Part shown: positions 58,479-64,000 of the stretch, one piece after another
Numbering within the stretch: position 1 is the first letter of the stretch
Layout of the letters: each line of letters opens with the position of its first letter
IMG/VR virus record: IMGVR_UViG_3300031885_000006
Span: 12,890 to 76,889 of that record
DNA from: a virus
Strand: one strand, 5' to 3'
DNA length: 64,000 bases
The notes under the pieces: generated by a model
Seen by the model: the letters and a program-made list of their open reading frames with translations, nothing else
Told to the model about the DNA's origin: nothing
Database searches by the model: none
Translations under genes and position numbers: made by a program

Positions 58479-59064
58479 TGGAGCCGAGGGGAGTCGATAT
58501 TCCCCACACCTATTACTAGGTGAATGGACTATATCATTGCCATAGCTTTTCAGCCTTAGGCATCGGGCGCTTATCTGGTTATTAAGAGGGCTAAACCTCT
58601 CCAGTAGTCTCTACACCTTCCTGCGATGTATCGCAAGCTTGGCTCGGTATTGCCCCAGAGGGGTTTCACCGAATTCACCCAATATTTTTTTCTAAACCTT
58701 TCGATTTAGATGGGCTCGACTTCCGAACCCCTTTCCAGAATAACTTGTAAAAAGACCTCTACATGCTTGTCTTATTGTTTTTGCTTTCGCATCTCGCCAT
58801 TCGTGTCCACATAAAGCTAAGGACAATTCACAGCCAGCAGAATCTTTGTCTCGTTTAGGTATCTCTGCGTGAACCTAAACCAGCCGGATTTTTTTTCAGG
58901 TTTTCAAGACGCTACCAGCATCGCTTCTATCAACCTGTCGCCACCTTAAGCAGCGAGAGCTAGAGTGTTGCCTGTTAAGGCTTGAACGATTTTTAAAGCG
59001 GCCCTTCGTTCAACCGCTGCATGCCATCTATCTACTGCATTACCTGTCGATGCCTGACGGCCCC
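58479..59064 (-). ncRNA. ssrA: tmRNA, intron-interrupted; tag peptide (A)GNTLALAA
   Basis: Acceptor stem GGGGCCG/CGGCUCC-A with G3:U; T-arm AGGGG-UUCGACU-CCCCU after intron removal; pk1-like knot; tag frame 58972-58946 ends LAA-UAA; 357 nt spliced; CCA not fully encoded. Confidence 0.93.
58498..58726 (-). mobile_element. ORF-less group I intron (229 nt) in the tmRNA T-loop
   Basis: P1 GGGUUCG/CGAGCCC with U:G; P/Q AAUUCGGUGAAAC..AAUACCGAGC; P7 GAGACUA/UAGUCC; P3 GGGUG/CGCCC; P9 CACCUA-GUAA-UAGGUG. Confidence 0.9.
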
Positions 59065-59070
59065 ATAAAG

Positions 59071-59195
59071 GACGCCTCATGTTCCGCTAGCCAGTCGCCA
59101 TCTGGTCAATCTAATCCCCTTATCTTGCGGTCGTCTTCACCGCCTTACGGTTAAGCCCAGGCAAACGGGCACTTTAGCGTCATGAACTAGGTGTC
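59071..59195 (-). ncRNA. Unassigned ~125-nt structured RNA just upstream of tmRNA
   Basis: Nested closing stems GACACCU/AGGCGUC, GUUC/GAAC and CGCUA/UAGCG enclose several hairpins; GC-rich with no ORF in the track. Confidence 0.55.
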
Positions 59196-59214
59196 AACAG
59201 TCTTTTTTCAACCT

Positions 59215-59370
59215 CTACCCGTGTCCTTGTCACATAGTAATCAAAAATAGGTTTTCGTCAATAGCTCTTATTCGGAGGACGCAAAACACGGAAAACCTTA
59301 ACCCTGTTTCGCCACTTCCTCTCCACTACTGACGGGTCTGCCGCTAGGAACTTTCGTTCTTCGGGCAGGT
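59215..59370 (-). ncRNA. Unassigned ~155-nt structured RNA at the 5' end of the tmRNA transcript
   Basis: CUGCC..GAAC-GAAA-GUUC..GGCAG, AGGUUUUC/GAAAACCU, CGUCAGUAG/CUAUUGACG and CCGUGU/ACACGG. Confidence 0.55.
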
Positions 59371-59375
59371 AGTTT

Positions 59376-59405
59376 CATTATACGCCAAAAATCTCATTTG
59401 TAAAG
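59376..59405 (-). promoter_or_regulatory. Promoter TTTACA-N16-TATAAT of the ncRNA/tmRNA locus
   Basis: 29/30 identical to 4761-4790. Confidence 0.8.
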
Positions 59406-59409
59406 CAGC

Positions 59410-60042
59410 TTATCGAATTTTTTCTGCCAATTCGAAAAAGTTGCTTCCATCTCTATGTAGTAGCGGAGTTTTACTTTTGTCGAATTTCCATGCACTAGTT
59501 GGGATTAAAGCTCCTGTGTGGGCGATATGGGCACCTCGATCAATCAAATCCAACTTCTGCCAATCCGTCATTCTTCGCAATAGTTGTTTTCCCACAGAAG
59601 CCCAATAAGCATACTCTCCTTCAAAAACACCCCGTAGCCTAGCTGGAGCTACTGTTCTTTTCGCCAAATCCATCAACCAAGGCGTGCTTTTTGAATACAA
59701 TAATTCTCCAATTGAGTCTTCATCAGGCTGGATGTCATGCAGTGCCGAACCTGGAATCTCAAATAAATAACCAACTTTATCCCAAGTTTCTGGAATATTA
59801 TGTCCTGCCATGTCACCACCCAAACAATAAATAACAGCATATCTTAACTCGGGAGTTATATACACTTTGCCTGGAACTGGCGTTAAATGAGTTTTTGGTT
59901 TAAATGTTAAATCAGGCGGCTGAATACCAGATTTGAATATAGATTCTCCCTGAGCAGCTTTAGAAGTGCCATGATAATAAACGCCAGCTAGATGCTTTTC
60001 TAGCGGGGCAGCCATTTCTGTGTACCAAGTCTTGAAATTCAT
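59410..60042 (-). CDS. ADP-ribosyltransferase-fold-like protein with capsid-targeting-like N-terminus
   Basis: MNFKTWYTE; YYHGT....I...GI.P...VYIT.....A..Y; LFEI; PDED. Confidence 0.5.
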   Translation of the reverse strand: MNFKTWYTEMAAPLEKHLAGVYYHGTSKAAQGESIFKSGIQPPDLTFKPKTHLTPVPGKVYITPELRYAVIYCLGGDMAGHNIPETWDKVGYLFEIPGSALHDIQPDEDSIGELLYSKSTPWLMDLAKRTVAPARLRGVFEGEYAYWASVGKQLLRRMTDWQKLDLIDRGAHIAHTGALIPTSAWKFDKSKTPLLHRDGSNFFELAEKIR

Positions 60043-60118
60043 GATTTATTTAGGAGAATGCTGCTTAAATATATTAGTTGCCTATATCTATTAATAAACA
60101 ATCTCAACGGAGACAATA

Positions 60119-61093
60119 ATGTTCAAAAAGTTCACAAGTTATATTGAAGAGAGAAAAGAAGGCGTAGACGCCAAAGGTGGTTTGGTCGGATCGCCAAAAG
60201 TTAAATTGGTTGCCGATTACGACGGACCAGATCCCAAAAGCCCAACCAAAGGCCAAGGCCAGGGCGAACTATCTCCTTATAAGTCTGCCAATGGCAATGC
60301 GGCTGCCAAGGGTGCCGAAAAAGGTGGATTTGCTGATATGGGTGACGGCAAACTAAAATACGAACCAGATATGAAGGCTGGAGCTTCTAAATTGTCTGCT
60401 TTAGGTAAAGAACTTGGTGGAGATTGGCCAAAAAACAAAATGCCTAAAACAGAACATTTCTTGAACAAGACCAGCAAAATGTCTGCCAGCCAATTCGCCA
60501 AGTATATGATGAAAGAAAATACTTGTGATAATGATGCCATTAGATACATCGTCGCTCTAGCCGGTCAAAATCCTAGAGTTGTCGAACATTTGGTTCATGA
60601 AATGCGACGAGCCAATATTCTTGGCGAAATGTTGAAAGCTTCTTTAGAATTTCCAGAAGCTTATCAAGAATTGACAATTCTATTCGGTGATAATGAAGGC
60701 GAAAGACGTGCTAATCGTCTTGCCAGAGCAATGGCCGAAGCTGTTGGCCCTCCTATGGGCATCGGCAATAATGGCGATGCTAATTTTGATGGCGAACAAG
60801 ATATGGATGATGAAAAAGTCGAACCATCGGAAGATGACGAGGAAGGTCATCCAGATGATGAAACCGATCCTGACGAAGAACATGACGACACCGATGAAGA
60901 CGGCGACGATAGCGACGGCGATGAAAATGGAGATGAAGACGAATATTCAGATGATGAAGATGGATCTGATCCATTTGGCAAAGAAGATGAAGCTCCTGAA
61001 CAAGATGGCAATCCAATGAAGAAGAAAATGCCTCATGAGCATTTAAAAGATGCTCTTCAAAGAGCCTTCATGAAAGCCTTCATGAATAAGTAA
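60119..61093 (+). CDS. Hypothetical protein with long acidic tract, probable head-associated protein
   Basis: MFKKFTSYIEE N-terminus; D/E-rich C-terminal third. Confidence 0.65.
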   Translation: MFKKFTSYIEERKEGVDAKGGLVGSPKVKLVADYDGPDPKSPTKGQGQGELSPYKSANGNAAAKGAEKGGFADMGDGKLKYEPDMKAGASKLSALGKELGGDWPKNKMPKTEHFLNKTSKMSASQFAKYMMKENTCDNDAIRYIVALAGQNPRVVEHLVHEMRRANILGEMLKASLEFPEAYQELTILFGDNEGERRANRLARAMAEAVGPPMGIGNNGDANFDGEQDMDDEKVEPSEDDEEGHPDDETDPDEEHDDTDEDGDDSDGDENGDEDEYSDDEDGSDPFGKEDEAPEQDGNPMKKKMPHEHLKDALQRAFMKAFMNK

Positions 61094-61096
61094 ATT

Positions 61097-61119
61097 AAAG
61101 CCCCGAAAGGGGCTTTTTT
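61097..61119. terminator. Terminator between convergent genes
   Basis: aaagcccc-gaaa-ggggctttttt. Confidence 0.85.
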
Positions 61120-61124
61120 ATTAC

Positions 61125-62510
61125 CTAAAACGGACATTCTTCCACTGTGCCTTTTTCTGTTTCTATATAAATAGGATCTGAAGTCCATTTATACCTCATG
61201 GTTTTACCACCACGAGCAGGACTTAAAAATCTAGAAAACAATAAATCATGTTTAATTGGATCTACATCATGAATTTTAAGGCAATAGGCCACTAAAGAAC
61301 CACCAATACTGCCTCGCCCAGGACCAACAGCTTCTGAGCCGTCGCCCCAGCCCAAAAGGCGAGGACAAGCCCGTCTGGCTTCATCAGTCATTTTCTTTTG
61401 AATTAGAAAATAAGAAGAAAATCCTTTTTGGATAATAAGCGATAGCTCTTCCTGCAATCGCATTATATATTCTTTAGTTCTAGGAAGGGCTCTTTGATCA
61501 AAACCAGTGATTACAAAATCTGTTAATTTTGCATCAGCATCTGGAATAATGGGCAACTTATTAGATCTGTCTAATTGAACGCCTTTAGCTTTTTGACAAA
61601 TGGCGACTGTATTGCGTTTGGCCTGTTTCAACAGTTCATAATCAATAACATCGCTATAATTCGATTTCCACTTGGCATCAATTTCTTCTTCGGATTTATA
61701 CCATAGATTTTGATCCTGAAGCTCGAACATATCGGCTGTTTCGTCTTCATCAAGTGCTTTTTGAATATCTTGAATTGTCTTTCCTGTTTGAACCATAAGC
61801 ATTAATCTCTGCATATGGCTATCTTCTTTCAAACAATAATGACAATCAGTTGTCACAACTAAAGGCAACTTATATTTTTCATGGGCTTTCAAAATGAAAA
61901 CATTATATGGTTTTTGTTTTACAAAATCCAACAGCATAAATTCAAGATAGAAATTATCCCCAAACATCTCCATATATTTTTCAATCATAGGAAATGCCAA
62001 TTCCTCTCCACCCCGATCAAATGCTTGACCGATTTCGCCATTATAGCAACAAGAAGTAAATGTAATTCCTTCCTTGTATTTCAATAATTGCTCATGATTA
62101 ACTCTAGGCTTATAGTAAAACCCTTTGGTCCAACCCCAAGAAGATAGTTTAACTAAATTAGAATAACCAATTTCATTATGGGCGATGGCCAGCAAATGAT
62201 TAGATTTTCTATATAGTTTCTTTTCTTCTGGCGAGAGGTGTTTGGCAAAATCGCCACCAGCTTCACCTTCTTTTAGTTCTGGTTGCATGGGGTTTACATA
62301 TAATTCACATCCAAATATAGGATTGATTTTATTTTCTTCACAAGCTCTGATCTGGCGTGGGATTGCTCCCATCACGCCGTGATCAGTAACACAGAGAAAT
62401 TGTTGATTTATTTGTTTAGCTCGTTTTGCATATTCCTCAATTTTAGCATACCCATCGAGAAGGCTGAAATCTGTATGTGTATGCAAATTTTCGTAACCTG
62501 TAATTTCCAC
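61125..62510 (-). CDS. dnaE: DNA polymerase III alpha, N-terminal piece (PHP domain and start of palm)
   Basis: LHTHTDFSLLDG, VTDHG, GCE, FYYKPR, TDCHY, GPGRGS.GGSLVAY.L.I..VDP...LLFSRFL; ends before the PDxDxD motif. Confidence 0.93.
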   Translation of the reverse strand: MEITGYENLHTHTDFSLLDGYAKIEEYAKRAKQINQQFLCVTDHGVMGAIPRQIRACEENKINPIFGCELYVNPMQPELKEGEAGGDFAKHLSPEEKKLYRKSNHLLAIAHNEIGYSNLVKLSSWGWTKGFYYKPRVNHEQLLKYKEGITFTSCCYNGEIGQAFDRGGEELAFPMIEKYMEMFGDNFYLEFMLLDFVKQKPYNVFILKAHEKYKLPLVVTTDCHYCLKEDSHMQRLMLMVQTGKTIQDIQKALDEDETADMFELQDQNLWYKSEEEIDAKWKSNYSDVIDYELLKQAKRNTVAICQKAKGVQLDRSNKLPIIPDADAKLTDFVITGFDQRALPRTKEYIMRLQEELSLIIQKGFSSYFLIQKKMTDEARRACPRLLGWGDGSEAVGPGRGSIGGSLVAYCLKIHDVDPIKHDLLFSRFLSPARGGKTMRYKWTSDPIYIETEKGTVEECPF

Positions 62511-62519
62511 CTTTAACCC

Positions 62520-62960
62520 CTAATCAACTTTCTTGTATTCTTCGGCATTTAACGTTTCTTGAATAGCCCAATTAATCATCCTATCCAATACTTCTACCGC
62601 AGCTTTTTTATGTTTTGCTGGAACAAAAGATAACAATAATTCACGATCAGCATCTTGAATCGGCTCCTCTTCGTCATCACCTAAATTTCTAAGCTTTTCA
62701 AAAAAAGCTTCATCATCATTTTCAGTTAATGAATCTGCGCTGCCATTATCAAGGAATTCTGCAATCTTTTCATTAAGAGCAGAGAATTCTGTCTCCATCA
62801 TCCATTGATGTTGCTGTATCATATCGAATAGAGCTTGATCATTTCCATCTAGGATTTCTTTTTCCTCTTCGGCCATCATCAATTGGCGTCGTTGCACCAT
62901 ATCGAATAAAGCTTGATCATTTCCATCTAGGATTTCTTTTTCTAACCAATGATTAACCAT
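62520..62960 (-). CDS. Hypothetical protein with a 26-aa internal duplication
   Basis: EKEILDGNDQALFDM occurs twice; likely start MVNHW at 62960. Confidence 0.6.
   Translation of the reverse strand: MVNHWLEKEILDGNDQALFDMVQRRQLMMAEEEKEILDGNDQALFDMIQQHQWMMETEFSALNEKIAEFLDNGSADSLTENDDEAFFEKLRNLGDDEEEPIQDADRELLLSFVPAKHKKAAVEVLDRMINWAIQETLNAEEYKKVD
62795..62942. repeat. Tandem direct repeat, period 78 bp
   Basis: 62820-62864 and 62898-62942 differ at one base. Confidence 0.85.
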
Positions 62961-63165
62961 TATTAGAGGCTCCGGTTTTAAAAGCTTCCCATTCTTCTTG
63001 TAATGTTTTTGCTTCGTCGTCAATAGCCTTCAATTCTGATTTGAGTTTGTCGTACAACAACTTCAATTCATCTTGTTTAGATTTTTTGCGATCAAAAACA
63101 TCTTTAATTTTCTGCGAGAAGACCTGAAATTCTTCTGTTAGTAAAAATTCTACACTGTCTGACAT
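62953..63165 (-). CDS. Small coiled-coil protein
   Basis: 70-aa helical ORF. Confidence 0.65.
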   Translation of the reverse strand: MSDSVEFLLTEEFQVFSQKIKDVFDRKKSKQDELKLLYDKLKSELKAIDDEAKTLQEEWEAFKTGASNNG

Positions 63166-63177
63166 ACAAACCCTTTC

Positions 63178-63861
63178 TTATTGATTTTTTAATTTGTCTT
63201 CTAGTTTTTTAATTAAGTTTAATTCTGTAGTGGTAAATTTAGCAGACCACTCCTTAAGTGCATATGGCAAATACATGTTAAATTTAGCAGCTTCTCTGCC
63301 TGATTTTTTAAACCAAACTTGACCATTGTCATTGCTAAACACCATTTTGTTTCTATATTGCCAATCAGAAGATGTTGACCAAAGCTGAACTAATTCTGGT
63401 GTGAAAAAAGAAGGAGCCAAAGTTGGCTTGTCTGTCACGCATGTGTCCCATGCATCACAAAGAGCCATAAGCTCAGGTCGAATGATTTCACAAGGAACTC
63501 GATAGACTTCGTCAAATAGAACAACATAATACCAAACAGTCTTTTCATCACGAATGCCACGAAAGTCTCTACCATCTTTAGTTTTTTCGTGATTATGGCC
63601 ATAAAAAGGTTGATATCTATTAATCGGAACATCTTTGTGTTTTGGCTTAGGACGCAGCTTAAATTGAATTGGCACTTCTGAATCGGAATCAGAAAATGTT
63701 ACCCAGTAATCCACGCCATCGACATCTTCATCTTTGGTTGCTTTTCTTAGTGTTTTAAAATGACCATTCTTCTTGCAAATAGCAGCTATCAAATCTGTCT
63801 TTAGATTACTTTTTTCAATTCTTGATGTAAAGTGTTCTTTATTCAAATTAGCTAATGTCAT
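63178..63861 (-). CDS. Hypothetical protein, possible PD-(D/E)xK nuclease
   Basis: EDVDGVDYWV...PIQFK pattern. Confidence 0.45.
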   Translation of the reverse strand: MTLANLNKEHFTSRIEKSNLKTDLIAAICKKNGHFKTLRKATKDEDVDGVDYWVTFSDSDSEVPIQFKLRPKPKHKDVPINRYQPFYGHNHEKTKDGRDFRGIRDEKTVWYYVVLFDEVYRVPCEIIRPELMALCDAWDTCVTDKPTLAPSFFTPELVQLWSTSSDWQYRNKMVFSNDNGQVWFKKSGREAAKFNMYLPYALKEWSAKFTTTELNLIKKLEDKLKNQ

Positions 63862-64000
63862 ATCTTACCTTTAAACTTTTCGTATATTTTTAATTCTTCA
63901 GTGGTTTCGCAGCCTACATCGCCCAAGATGTAATCGCAGAAACCATAATACAACGCTTCTTCAGCGCTTAAAAACCAATCGCCCTTATCTTTAATTTTCC
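63858..64000 (-). CDS. clpP: C-terminus of a ClpP-like protease (partial)
   Basis: Hand-translated ...KGDWFLSAEEALYYGFCDYIL...; TGA overlaps the next ATG. Confidence 0.7.
   Translation of the reverse strand, partial: KIKDKGDWFLSAEEALYYGFCDYILGDVGCETTEELKIYEKFKGKI

Noticed and set aside
58495-58723. Alternative intron register ending in canonical G
   Set aside because: It puts the 5' site after a G:C pair rather than U:G and loses P10 and P9.0. Disfavoured but not formally excluded.
59262-59300. c-di-GMP-I riboswitch on the plus strand (GGACGCAAA)
   Set aside because: The rest of the motif is absent; the promoter and tetraloops indicate the minus strand.
61125-61220. Split intein at the DnaE break
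   Set aside because: No intein N-terminal block after the break and no HN-C/S/T junction in the downstream piece.
1-64000. Bacterial chromosome origin; tRNA or rRNA genes
   Set aside because: Housekeeping genes are isolated from their usual operons among phage-type ORFs, and I found no tRNA or rRNA by eye. No capsid or terminase gene is in the window, so the phage call is inference.

Overview
This AT-rich, gene-dense window is mostly on the minus strand and looks like part of a jumbo/huge bacteriophage genome. It has many short unknown ORFs, five free-standing homing-endonuclease genes, T4-like late-promoter motifs and capsid-targeting-like N-termini, with no rRNA or tRNA genes. Replication genes are NAD-dependent ligase, GyrA/GyrB and a DnaE broken into three pieces. 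Translation and protein-maturation genes are IF-1, IF-3, bS21, peptide deformylase, Met aminopeptidase, DnaJ, GroES and a partial ClpP. Other genes include two sigma factors, PhoH, a TPP-dependent decarboxylase and glycosyltransferases. The most striking content is an RNA layer absent from the ORF track. (i) A Ro60/TROVE operon ends in two ~57-nt covarying Y-RNA-like hairpins and carries a permuted copy of the same motif in its leader. (ii) A tmRNA has a 229-nt group I intron in its T-loop whose terminal nucleotide appears to be A, not G. (iii) About 300 nt of unassigned structured RNA lies upstream of the tmRNA, behind a promoter 29/30 identical to the Ro60 promoter. (iv) A stand-alone ~420-nt structured ncRNA has its own promoter and terminator. 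An Rnl1-type RNA ligase and a 2H phosphoesterase are also present, suggesting a phage RNA-repair/ribosome-rescue system. All family calls come from reading motifs by eye; no searches were run.
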